Below are positions 1-8,952 of a stretch of 64,000 nucleotides of DNA, piece by piece. The position numbers and the translations under genes are program-made. The stretch spans positions 593 to 64,592 of the forward strand of contig JAKAVA010000043.1 in NCBI GenBank assembly GCA_021827645.1, read 5' to 3'. Position 1 is the first letter of the stretch. Each line of letters begins with the position of its first letter. Under the pieces are notes generated by a model, which did no database searches, was not told where the DNA came from, and saw nothing but the letters and a program-made list of their open reading frames with translations. Origin of the DNA: Planctomycetota bacterium (lineage in GTDB: Bacteria; Planctomycetota; Phycisphaerae; WQYP01).

Positions 1-861
1 TTGGAGGCGTTGTCGTTACCAATTGATTATGTCGATAACCCCATTTTCAAAAAGCGTGATGCCGAATCCGCTCTCTTCGATCAGGGCATGGAAATAAACG
101 TCTCAAGCACTTCGTGGTATCACCCGATGCTCGACGACGATCTCAATGCGTCCTCCGCTCCCTCTTCCACTTTGCTCAGTGCGAAGGAAGAGCAGCACCT
201 TTTTCTCCGCTACAACTATGCCCGTATGCGGACGAAACAGGCGGTTGCCCGTCTTAAAGTGGCGCCCGGACGCAAAGTCGCCAATGAGGTGGTCCTCTGG
301 CACCGCCGCAGCCGTGATACCCGCGAAATCATCACCAATGCCAACCTCGCACTGGTTTTGGCGATGGCCAAGCGGACACGAATGTCAGATGTCGATTTCA
401 GTGAACTGATCTCCGAAGGAAATATGGCATTGCTCCGCGCAGTTGAAAAATTTGATGCCGCACGTGGTTTCAAATTCAGCACCTATGCGTGTCGTGCCAT
501 CCTCAAGGCGTTCAGTCGGATTGCCGTAAAGTCGAATCGGTACAATTCCCTGTTCCCCGCGGAATTCGATCCATCCATGGAACGTTCCAACGAGATGGAA
601 TTGCGTCGCCAAGCCGTTGCCAAAGATGCCGTCGAAGAGCTTCAACGCATCATCTCAACGAACCGGGCCGACCTGACCGATGTCGAGCAGAAGGTGATCG
701 AAGCACGTTTCGCCGTCAACCGCCCCGAAAATACCGAATCCCTCACGCTTGAAGAAGTGGGGCAGGTGATCGGGGTGACCAAAGAACGCGTCCGGCAGAT
801 TCAGAATCGTGCGCTTGAAAAACTTCGGCTGGCGCTCGACGGCGAAATTCTCCGCCGCTGA
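1..861 (+). CDS. RNA polymerase sigma-70 family factor (probably 5'-truncated by the window edge)
   Basis: Region 2 motifs NLALVLAMAKR, ELISEGNMALLRAVEKFDAARGFKFSTYA; region 4 HTH TLEEVGQVIGVTKERVRQIQNRALEKLR. Confidence 0.92.
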   Translation: MEALSLPIDYVDNPIFKKRDAESALFDQGMEINVSSTSWYHPMLDDDLNASSAPSSTLLSAKEEQHLFLRYNYARMRTKQAVARLKVAPGRKVANEVVLWHRRSRDTREIITNANLALVLAMAKRTRMSDVDFSELISEGNMALLRAVEKFDAARGFKFSTYACRAILKAFSRIAVKSNRYNSLFPAEFDPSMERSNEMELRRQAVAKDAVEELQRIISTNRADLTDVEQKVIEARFAVNRPENTESLTLEEVGQVIGVTKERVRQIQNRALEKLRLALDGEILRR

Positions 862-938
862 CCGGGGTTAAATTTTTAATTCTTAACGTCACCGAATCAT
901 TTTTTCGATCGTTCCGGTCGCGAGACCGGATTGTTAAA

Positions 939-978
939 GGCCCAGGCGTAATCGGTGCAGCGCCTGGGCCACTTTTTT
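939..978 (+). terminator. Rho-independent terminator after the sigma factor
   Basis: GGCCCAGGCG (939-948) / CGCCTGGGCC (961-970) 10-bp stem followed by TTTTTT; preceded by a TCCGGTC-GCGA-GACCGGA hairpin (913-930). Confidence 0.8.
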
Positions 979-1300
979 ATCTTCCGAAACTTTCCTCTCC
1001 GTAATGTCCACAGATATTCACCTGCCGCAGGGCCTCGCACTCAGACTGCTGTTGAGCGTCGGAAGCGTTCAACGTGCTGAGCATATGGGCTGCCGTCCTT
1101 TTTGATTCGTAAATGACAGGAGAAGTCCGATAGCCCGCGGGCTCCATCGCGATCATACTTTTACCCTCTGCCGCATCGCTTTTACCGGCCGCAGAAATCG
1201 ATATCCGTCCTTCGGCTGAAACCAGACCATGGGAATAGCCCGGTGGGAAGATGAAAAATTAATATAGGCCTCTGATTTAAATAAAAAACGGAAATTTTTC

Positions 1301-1329
1301 TTGCTTGGTCAAAAGATTCGTGGTAAGAT
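1301..1329 (+). promoter_or_regulatory. Sigma-70-type promoter for the PEP-CTERM gene
   Basis: TTGCTT-17 nt-TAAGAT with extended -10 TG and an AT-rich upstream tract. Confidence 0.55.
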
Positions 1330-1501
1330 TCCTCGTGTTGATGGAACGCCAGACGACCTTTCTGCGGTGTTCCTTAACTCGGTGTAGAGAGAGAAAAAGC
1401 ATTTCGTAACTTTTCTCTACAGTCTGTTTTAGTTAGCAGTTTTATCAAAGCCGATGTGGTTTTGGCTGCTCCCGGTGTTTTATATTTATCGGAGGTAGTG
1501 A

Positions 1502-2422
1502 GTGATGTTCAAGTCTTGCAGGAATGAAGCGGTTTCGCGTCGGTCGAAATTGTGGATGGCGGTGGCGGCCATTGTGCCGATGGCAGGGGGATTGTTTTCG
1601 GCCGGTACGGCTCAGGCGAGCCCCCAAAGCTACGTGTATTATCAGGCGACCAATTCGTACTCGACCGCCCCCGACGATGACAACGGTGCGTACAGCGCCG
1701 TGATCGGGTTTTTGGTCAGCAACGGTCAGTTAACGGTGACCGTACACAACACATCTAACCCGGTTTACGACGTGTCGCAGACGGTCGGGGCGATTCACTT
1801 TCAGATTAACGGTTACACCCTCGGTTCCAATGCTCCGAACTTGCAGGATACGGCCCTCAACACCATAACGGTGGCGAGCAATGGCTCCGGAACATATACA
1901 ACCGACACGACGACCTCGACGGCGGCGTGGGAAGTACTGACCGGCAGCGGGACGACCACCCCCGCGCCAGGCCCCCATCCCATCGGACCGACTGGCCCGA
2001 TCGCTACCGGCAGCGAACTTACGCTCGAGGCGATTCCCGCCACCGGCGCAAACAGTGGTGTCGGACAGAACGGTCCGATTGGTGAATTCGTCATCGGCAA
2101 CACCAACAGCAACGGTCTTTATTCCAGTGCGCTGTCCGGCACACTTGGCGGCCATGGAACAGGCAATGATAATTCCGGAAGCTCAATTCTTGGCCAAACC
2201 CTGCTGGCCAATAATCAGAGCTTCACCATCAACCTGCCGGGACTGACCACGGCCGATTCGATTGACACCAGCAGTATCACCGTGGATTTTGGTAATGATC
2301 CGTCCGATGTCGGCATCAAGGCCAGCCTCGACAGCACCTACGTTACGCCTGAACCGGCCGCGCTGGCTCTGATGGGCGTGGCAACTCTCGGATTATTGAT
2401 TCGCCGCCGCCGTCCGGCATAA
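1502..2422 (+). CDS. PEP-CTERM sorting domain surface protein
   Basis: RBS GGAGGT; signal peptide ending AQA; T/S/G/N-rich body; C-terminal TPEP + hydrophobic TM + RRRR. Confidence 0.9.
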   Translation: MMFKSCRNEAVSRRSKLWMAVAAIVPMAGGLFSAGTAQASPQSYVYYQATNSYSTAPDDDNGAYSAVIGFLVSNGQLTVTVHNTSNPVYDVSQTVGAIHFQINGYTLGSNAPNLQDTALNTITVASNGSGTYTTDTTTSTAAWEVLTGSGTTTPAPGPHPIGPTGPIATGSELTLEAIPATGANSGVGQNGPIGEFVIGNTNSNGLYSSALSGTLGGHGTGNDNSGSSILGQTLLANNQSFTINLPGLTTADSIDTSSITVDFGNDPSDVGIKASLDSTYVTPEPAALALMGVATLGLLIRRRRPA

Positions 2423-2463
2423 ATGTCTGGCCACGGCATCGTCGGATAAAAAGCTGATCTATT

Positions 2464-2502
2464 AACCCCGGTCGTCATAAAAGTCGACCGGGGTTTTTCT
2501 TT
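2464..2502 (+). terminator. Rho-independent terminator
   Basis: AACCCCGGTCG / CGACCGGGGTT stem followed by a T-rich tail. Confidence 0.8.
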
Positions 2503-2589
2503 CGACCTGTGGCCGAAGAGTGCTTGGTGATGCGCCTCGACATGCCGAATAAATCTGGTAAATTGCAACTGACAGAATGAGGTGACGAC

Positions 2590-3645
2590 ATGTATGAGCT
2601 GAACGTCGATGAGTTGCTCAAACCCATCTCCGCCGACACACCCTGTGGCGAAGATCTGTCATATGATCCCGAGTTTACAGAACTCGAACGTCTCATGCCC
2701 GGCAAGCCTGAGCAGGAAATGGGCAATGTCAAAATGCCGGCTGAAGAACCGGATTGGCGGGATATTCATGCTCGTTGCACTGCATTGCTCCAGCGCACCA
2801 AAGACCTGCGCGTCATGGTGTATCTGGTTCTTGCGCAGGCACGGCTGCGGGGTATCGAAGGCGTGCGGGACGGGCTGCTTCTCCTGGATCAGCATCTCCA
2901 AGCACATTGGCCGGACCTCCTGCCACCATTGGATGTGGAGGATGACAACGACCCCACGCTGAGGGTTAATGCGATTGCGTCCATGTCGCCGCCCGCGGAT
3001 GCATATGCCGACCCATTAAAATTTCCACAGCGGTTTCTGGAAGTCCCGCTGAATGCTCCGCGGCAACTCGGCCCGGTCACACTTCGGCAGATCATGATCA
3101 GCACCGGCGAACTCCCCGCCGAGGCGGACGAAAAGGCGCTCTCACCTGCCGAGATTGAAGCGGCCTTCAGCGATACGCCTCCGGAGCGACTCTCGGCTCT
3201 TTACCAGGGGGCCGCTGAAGCTCTTCAGGCGTGGGACAGCATTGATAAGACATTGACCATGCATGTGGGGTCCGGCAGAGGAGCCGATCTGCGGGGAACG
3301 CGAAAACTCATTCAAGATTGGGCCATGCAGATTCAAAAGCGACTTTCGCCCTCCGCTGGGGCTACGACCGCAGAGGGTGACGCGTCCAGTTCAGCAGCCA
3401 TGCCGGTCGCCTCGGCCGCTGCGACGATGGCACAATTGGGAATCAACAGCCGCGACGACTGCATTCGGGCCATTGACGACATCTGCCGATATCTGGAGGC
3501 CGCCGAACCGTCGAGTCCGGTTCCCATGATTCTCAAACGGGCACGGAAACTGGTCAATATGAATTTTCTGGATGTCATTGCCGATCTCTCTCCTGATGCG
3601 CTTGCGGCGATAAAATCCATCGGCGGTTTGGATCGGGAGGGTTAA
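2590..3645 (+). CDS. tssA: Type VI secretion protein TssA (ImpA N-terminal domain)
   Basis: LLKPISADTPCGEDLSYDPEF, PDW, TKDLRV ImpA_N motifs; C-terminal EPSSPVPMILKRA. Confidence 0.93.
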   Translation: MYELNVDELLKPISADTPCGEDLSYDPEFTELERLMPGKPEQEMGNVKMPAEEPDWRDIHARCTALLQRTKDLRVMVYLVLAQARLRGIEGVRDGLLLLDQHLQAHWPDLLPPLDVEDDNDPTLRVNAIASMSPPADAYADPLKFPQRFLEVPLNAPRQLGPVTLRQIMISTGELPAEADEKALSPAEIEAAFSDTPPERLSALYQGAAEALQAWDSIDKTLTMHVGSGRGADLRGTRKLIQDWAMQIQKRLSPSAGATTAEGDASSSAAMPVASAAATMAQLGINSRDDCIRAIDDICRYLEAAEPSSPVPMILKRARKLVNMNFLDVIADLSPDALAAIKSIGGLDREG

Positions 3646-3749
3646 CGCGCCACAGATCGAGTGGGATCGGTGAGGGAATCTGCAGGAATCACAGGAACTG
3701 ATTCATAAAGTAAAATCCGTGGGCAAAGTTTTCATCTGAGGTTCCGGCT

Positions 3750-5183
3750 ATGGCAAAAATACCAACTCTGCAAGATTGGAAAGCACAGACGGAATTGGGT
3801 ATCACCAAGCCCCGAAGCAAGCTCTTCAAGGCGATTGATGATCGAATTGAGGAGTACAACAAAACTCCCACGCCGGAGAAAGCGACTCAAATTCGCATCG
3901 CTCTGACGCGCTGGATGCAGAATGAAGGCGCCAATTGGGAGGCCGATCCGCGTAACAAACCGCCAGCCCGGCCGATTACCGCTCTGATGGGGACGCTGGA
4001 ATCCATGCGTCTGCCGCTGGAGAGCAAAGATGTGGAAATTCTCAGAGCCATTGCCAATGATCGACCGGCGCGAATGCGTTCGATGTTTGCCGGGCATAAG
4101 CTCAAGCTGCGGCTGGCGCTCACGGCGGAGAAGATGGGGCAGGCGGTCACCGAATTACGCAATGAGATCAAAAGCCAGGGGGGCGGAAATAAGACTGAAC
4201 CGCTGAAAACATTTGGCAAGCAGGTGGGCAACCAGGCAATGGATAGCAAAACCCAGGCCTACAACGCCTACAGTGTTCTCCACGATGTTCAAACGGCGAA
4301 GAGCGACGTCGGCAAAACGGCCAGCGCAGTGGGGTCCATGGCGATTGCCCCCGCAAAGAAAATGGCCAATGCAGAAATGATGAGCATACTCAATGAGTTT
4401 TTCGGCACCCAGATTCAGGAAGTGTCGCAATTTGCAGCCACCGTCGCTCGCGAGACGGGTTTGCAGGCCGCCCAGCAGGTAGCGGATCACGTATTAAGCA
4501 TGCTCCCGCTGTTTTCACTTGTGAAGGACGGTAGCGAAGCGCTCTATTTCTGGGCGTCGGCGGTGCACAAGGGATATCAGAGGTATCAGGTCAGTTCAGG
4601 ACGTGATGTCATCGCTTTGGGTGATGCACGACGGGCGCTTGAAGCCGTTGAGCATCTGCTCAATCGCGACATTGCGTTTACGGCAACCAAAGCGGCCATC
4701 TGTACCGCGAGCACGGGAGCCCACGCGGCGGCTTTGGCGGCCAAAGGGGCCGATGTCGCGCTGAGCCCGGCGATTGGGGCGGCAAAGGCAGCCGCCAATG
4801 CTGCGCGGATGATCGCTAAATTTGCCATCGAGGCGCGTGAAGCGATGGCGTCAAGAAAATTCTTTGTCGATCCAGCTGGCTATACGCTGGATATTTTTGG
4901 GAAATGCCCGCTGATTGGCGCTTATATGATCGACGGCTCCAGTGATTCGGACATCATCGCTATGGTTTGGGAGGAGATGGGGCAGCCCGGCTGGATGGAC
5001 GACATTGAACGCATGTTGCCGAAACTGCACCCCATTCGCGAGCAGGCCGGTCGTTTAATTCGTGAATCTCCCTTTGTTATTGATCCTCCAATGCCCAGCC
5101 GCTATGCGGTCAGCACATTTGCGGGCAAAAAATGGCTGGCGAAGAAAACTTGGTGGTCGAGTATGCCGTGGAATCGGCTATAA
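3750..5183 (+). CDS. Hypothetical protein within the T6SS cluster, candidate effector
   Basis: 477-aa ORF with RBS (GAGG), co-oriented between tssA and tssB; no signal peptide; helical, with an Ala-rich hydrophobic segment. Confidence 0.7.
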   Translation: MAKIPTLQDWKAQTELGITKPRSKLFKAIDDRIEEYNKTPTPEKATQIRIALTRWMQNEGANWEADPRNKPPARPITALMGTLESMRLPLESKDVEILRAIANDRPARMRSMFAGHKLKLRLALTAEKMGQAVTELRNEIKSQGGGNKTEPLKTFGKQVGNQAMDSKTQAYNAYSVLHDVQTAKSDVGKTASAVGSMAIAPAKKMANAEMMSILNEFFGTQIQEVSQFAATVARETGLQAAQQVADHVLSMLPLFSLVKDGSEALYFWASAVHKGYQRYQVSSGRDVIALGDARRALEAVEHLLNRDIAFTATKAAICTASTGAHAAALAAKGADVALSPAIGAAKAAANAARMIAKFAIEAREAMASRKFFVDPAGYTLDIFGKCPLIGAYMIDGSSDSDIIAMVWEEMGQPGWMDDIERMLPKLHPIREQAGRLIRESPFVIDPPMPSRYAVSTFAGKKWLAKKTWWSSMPWNRL

Positions 5184-5418
5184 TTGAGTGAGGTGGGGGT
5201 TTTGGTTCAAGATTATGCAAGATGCGAGCCGAAACAAAGACATGGTGAGGCGTCGGATGCTCGGAGCGGCCCGGTCACGGCACTTGACAAATACCCCCAA
5301 TGGCGTTTCCATTCCTATAGGCGGAGCTGCGGCCGCATATGCGGGGGATGAGAGATTCCGTTGTGAGAGTTACCCGTTTCGGGTCGCATATTAAAAGTCA
5401 GTTTCAGGGGCACGTCAC

Positions 5419-5931
5419 ATGGCAAAAGCAAGCAGTCAGAAATTTGTAGCTCGAAATCGGGCGCCGCGTGTGCAGATTGAATACGATGTCGAGCTTTACG
5501 GCGCAGAGAAAAAGATCAATCTGCCCTTCGTCATGGGGGTCATGGCGGATCTCTCGGGGAATCCCAAAGATGCCCTGCCGGCCGTTCAAGATCGGGCATT
5601 TCAGGAAATTGATGTCGATAATTTTGACGATCGCATGAAGGCGATGAAGCCTCGCGTGGCGTTTCAGGTGCCCAATTCCCTGACCGGTGAAGGGAACATC
5701 AATGTCGAACTGACATTCGAGAGTATGGAAGATTTCTCCCCGGCGGCGGTGGCAAAAAAAGTCGAACCGCTGGCCAAGTTGCTCAACGCCCGCACCCAGC
5801 TCGCGAATCTGCTTACATACATGGATGGCAAGGACAAGGCTGAGCAACTCGTGGCGCAAGTACTCCAAGACCCGGCTCTGCTTTCGGCGCTTGGTTCGGC
5901 GCCCAAGGTCGAAGATAAACCTGCGTCTTAG
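5419..5931 (+). CDS. tssB: T6SS contractile sheath small subunit TssB (VipA)
   Basis: RAPRVQIEYDVELYGAEKKINLPFVMGVMADLSG; FESMEDFSPAAVA. Confidence 0.97.
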   Translation: MAKASSQKFVARNRAPRVQIEYDVELYGAEKKINLPFVMGVMADLSGNPKDALPAVQDRAFQEIDVDNFDDRMKAMKPRVAFQVPNSLTGEGNINVELTFESMEDFSPAAVAKKVEPLAKLLNARTQLANLLTYMDGKDKAEQLVAQVLQDPALLSALGSAPKVEDKPAS

Positions 5932-5997
5932 CAACACGGCGACGGCCGGGCATCGCCCGACGGTCAAAAGATCAGACATAACCATGGAGGTCTTCAT

Positions 5998-7488
5998 ATG
6001 GCGCGCGAACAGCAAGCGTCTTCGCCCGTAAAAGAAATCAAAACAGTTGATGAATTCTCAAGTCTGTTGAGCAAAAACATCGGTGCCAAAACCGATGAAG
6101 CCTCACGGATGGTGCGCGAGGCAGTCGGCACCCTCGTGGAGCAGGCTCTGCAACGCACGGCCCTGATATCCGACGACGCTCGCCGCAGCATTGAATCCAT
6201 CATCGCCGAATTGGACAAAAAAATATCCGAACAGGTCAATCTGATCCTCCATCACGAGGATTTCCGTCGCTTGGAAGGGGCGTGGCGCGGACTGCATCAT
6301 CTGGTGAACAACACCGAAACCGACGAGAATCTGAAGATACGCGTCATGAACATCTCCAAGAAAGATCTTGGCAAAACCATTAAGAAATTCAAGGGTACTG
6401 CCTGGGATCAGAGCCCAATCTTCAAGAAAATCTATGAAGAGGAATACGGCACCCCGGGTGGCGCCCCTTACGGCTGTCTGATCGGCGATTACGAATTTGA
6501 TCACTCTCCGCCTGATGTTGAGATTCTCAGCGGCATGGCTCAGATAGCGGCTGCCGCGCATGCCCCGTTTATCTCCGCGGCCTCCCCAACGGTCATGAAT
6601 TTTGACTCTTGGCGGCAGCTCTCCGATCCGCGTGACTTGACGAAGATATTCCAAACGGCGGAATATGCCGCGTGGCGCTCCCTGCGGGAATCGGAGGATG
6701 CCCGTTACATCGGGCTCACCATGCCTCGATTTCTCTCCCGCCTCCCATACGGGTCCAAAACCAATCCGGTGGAGGAATTCGCCTATGAAGAGGATATGGA
6801 GGGGGCCAAGCACGACAACTACGTCTGGGCCAATTCCGCCTATGCCATGGGCGTTAACATCAACCGGGCATTCAAGCTCTACGGCTGGTGCGCCCGCATC
6901 CGCGGTGTGGAAAGCGGCGGTACAGTGGAAGGATTGCCGTGCCATACTTTCCCCACCGATGACGGCGGTGTGGATATGAAGTGCCCGACTGAAATCGCCA
7001 TCACCGATCGCCGCGAGGCGGAATTGGCCAAGAACGGCCTCATGCCGCTGTTGCATTGGAAAAATACCGATTATGCGGTATTCATCGGTGCCCAATCGCT
7101 CCATAAGCCGACGGAATATGATGATCCGGATGCCACGGCCAATGCGAATTTGGCCGCGCGTCTGCCGTATCTTTTTGCGAGTTGTCGTTTTGCGCACTTC
7201 CTCAAGTGCATGGTGCGGGACAAGATCGGTGGCTTTAAGGAAAAAGGAGATATGGTCCGCTGGCTGAACAACTGGATCATGCAGTATGTTGAGCCCGACC
7301 CGGCTAACGCATCGGAAGAGGCCAAGGCCCGCCGGCCGCTGGCGGCCGCCGAGGTCGAGGTCGAGGAAATTCCGGGTAATCCGGGTTATTACACGTCAAA
7401 GTTTTACCTGCGGCCCCATTATCAGCTTGAGGGGTTAACGGTTTCGCTTCGGCTTGTGTCCAAGCTTAAATCCGCCAAAGAGGCATAA
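5998..7488 (+). CDS. tssC: T6SS contractile sheath large subunit TssC (VipB)
   Basis: LEGAWRGL, IYEEEYGTPGG, AAHAPFI, KCPTEIAITDRRE, LRPHYQLEGL. Confidence 0.97.
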   Translation: MAREQQASSPVKEIKTVDEFSSLLSKNIGAKTDEASRMVREAVGTLVEQALQRTALISDDARRSIESIIAELDKKISEQVNLILHHEDFRRLEGAWRGLHHLVNNTETDENLKIRVMNISKKDLGKTIKKFKGTAWDQSPIFKKIYEEEYGTPGGAPYGCLIGDYEFDHSPPDVEILSGMAQIAAAAHAPFISAASPTVMNFDSWRQLSDPRDLTKIFQTAEYAAWRSLRESEDARYIGLTMPRFLSRLPYGSKTNPVEEFAYEEDMEGAKHDNYVWANSAYAMGVNINRAFKLYGWCARIRGVESGGTVEGLPCHTFPTDDGGVDMKCPTEIAITDRREAELAKNGLMPLLHWKNTDYAVFIGAQSLHKPTEYDDPDATANANLAARLPYLFASCRFAHFLKCMVRDKIGGFKEKGDMVRWLNNWIMQYVEPDPANASEEAKARRPLAAAEVEVEEIPGNPGYYTSKFYLRPHYQLEGLTVSLRLVSKLKSAKEA

Positions 7489-7566
7489 GCTGTTGGTTTT
7501 TGAAAATGGTTCTGGCCGTACGGTGCGGTCGGAACAATTTAGAACTTCATAATAGAGGAGAACACT

Positions 7567-8052
7567 ATGAGCATGTATATGAAAATTGAAGGCATCGAAG
7601 GAGATTCCACGCAAAAAGGGCATGAGAAGTGGTTTGATATAAGCGCGTACACTTTCAATGCGGCGAACCTGGGTGGCGGTATGCCGGGCTCGGCAGGGGG
7701 ACGCAGTGGTGGCGAGACGCAAGTCGGCGAAATCAGCGTCTCCATGCCGGGAGCCAGCGGAGTGCCGACTATCACCCAATATGTCGTAACCGGCAAGACC
7801 GTCAAGACGGTCACGATCGAGTCCGTGACATCTTCTGAAAACCCGGTCGTCTATCAGAAATGGACGCTTTCTGACTGTGCCTTCAGCAACATCGCGATTA
7901 GCGATTCAGGCATGGGGCTTCGGGACATGGGTATTTCACTCTCCATCAGCTTCACGCATATGCAATTTGATGCGACGGCGATCAAAGACGACGGAAAATC
8001 CGGCGCCACAAAGTCAGTCAAATACGACGTGGCCAAACGCGCCCTGACGTAA
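7567..8052 (+). CDS. hcp: T6SS tube protein Hcp (TssD), divergent
   Basis: YMKIEGIEGDSTQKGHEKWFDI N-terminus; 161 aa; follows tssC; RBS GAGGAG. Confidence 0.88.
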   Translation: MSMYMKIEGIEGDSTQKGHEKWFDISAYTFNAANLGGGMPGSAGGRSGGETQVGEISVSMPGASGVPTITQYVVTGKTVKTVTIESVTSSENPVVYQKWTLSDCAFSNIAISDSGMGLRDMGISLSISFTHMQFDATAIKDDGKSGATKSVKYDVAKRALT

Positions 8053-8148
8053 AGCGCCGGCGGGTATTTCAGCCATTGCGTCGGTACGGCCGCCGAGTCG
8101 TCCCGACGCGATTTTATTCCTGAAACCGGTTGATGGAGCCCTGCGGAA

Positions 8149-8952
8149 ATGGACGCCGAAGTATTAGTCAAACAGGGGCAGGTGGGGGCCGCACTCGATG
8201 CGCTCCAGGCGGCGGTACGCAAGGCTCCCACCGATCCGAAGCTGCGCATATTCCTCTTTCAGATTCTGGCGGTTCTAGGCCAATGGGACCGTGCCGTTAC
8301 CCAGCTTAACGTTATCGCTGATCTCGACGCCTCCGCACTGCTGATGGTAACTGTGTACCGTGAGGTGATTGCGGCCGAGGCGGTCAGGAACAGCGTTTTT
8401 GCCGGCCATAAAACACCCATGCTCCTTGGTGAACCCGATCCGTGGCTGGGGTGGCTGGTAGAATCCACCAAACTTCTGGCGACCGGCAAAGTTGATGAAG
8501 CCGTCCGCCTGCATGACGCCGCCTTTGAGGCCGCGCCGCAGACCGCTGGAAGCATCGATGGTAAGCCGTTCGAATGGCTCGCCGATGCGGATGGCCGCCT
8601 CGGCCCGGTCCTGGAAGTTATCGTCAAGGGGAATTATTATTGGGTCCCCTTCAAAAATATCGCTGAAATTCAAATTGAAAAGCCAACCGATCTGCGCGAT
8701 CTGGTCTGGATACCTGCCACCTTTACGTGGAGCAATCAGGGCAAAGCGGTGGGATTTATTCCAGTGCGATATCCGGGCACACCAGAACGCGGCGATCCAT
8801 CGATGATGATGAGCCGATCAACCGATTGGCAGGAGCAGGGGGGGATTTCCATTGGTTTTGGGCATCGGTTGCTGGTATCCGCCGATGCGGAGTATCCGCT
8901 TCTGGAAGTGCGAAATATCACGCTTCAATCACCGCAGCCGGAGGATGGATGA
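8149..8952 (+). CDS. tagJ: T6SS accessory protein TagJ (ImpE/SciE)
   Basis: LRIFLFQILAVLGQWDRA; FEWLADADGRLGPVLE; PTDLRDLVW; IPVRYPG. Confidence 0.93.
   Translation: MDAEVLVKQGQVGAALDALQAAVRKAPTDPKLRIFLFQILAVLGQWDRAVTQLNVIADLDASALLMVTVYREVIAAEAVRNSVFAGHKTPMLLGEPDPWLGWLVESTKLLATGKVDEAVRLHDAAFEAAPQTAGSIDGKPFEWLADADGRLGPVLEVIVKGNYYWVPFKNIAEIQIEKPTDLRDLVWIPATFTWSNQGKAVGFIPVRYPGTPERGDPSMMMSRSTDWQEQGGISIGFGHRLLVSADAEYPLLEVRNITLQSPQPEDG

Noticed and set aside
1532-1552. SRRSKL as a Tat signal in the first PEP-CTERM protein
   Set aside because: Lacks the hydrophobic F/L at the consensus position; a Sec signal is equally plausible.
6103-7197. 364-aa antisense ORF inside tssC (similar ones at 33152-34237, 42549-43610 and 51092-52018)
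   Set aside because: Shadow ORFs opposite well-conserved genes, expected from GC-rich codon bias; no motifs or RBS support.
8727-8948. N-terminal extension of TssE in the ORF track
   Set aside because: Overlaps tagJ out of frame; the ATGA-coupled start at 8949 gives a normal-length TssE.
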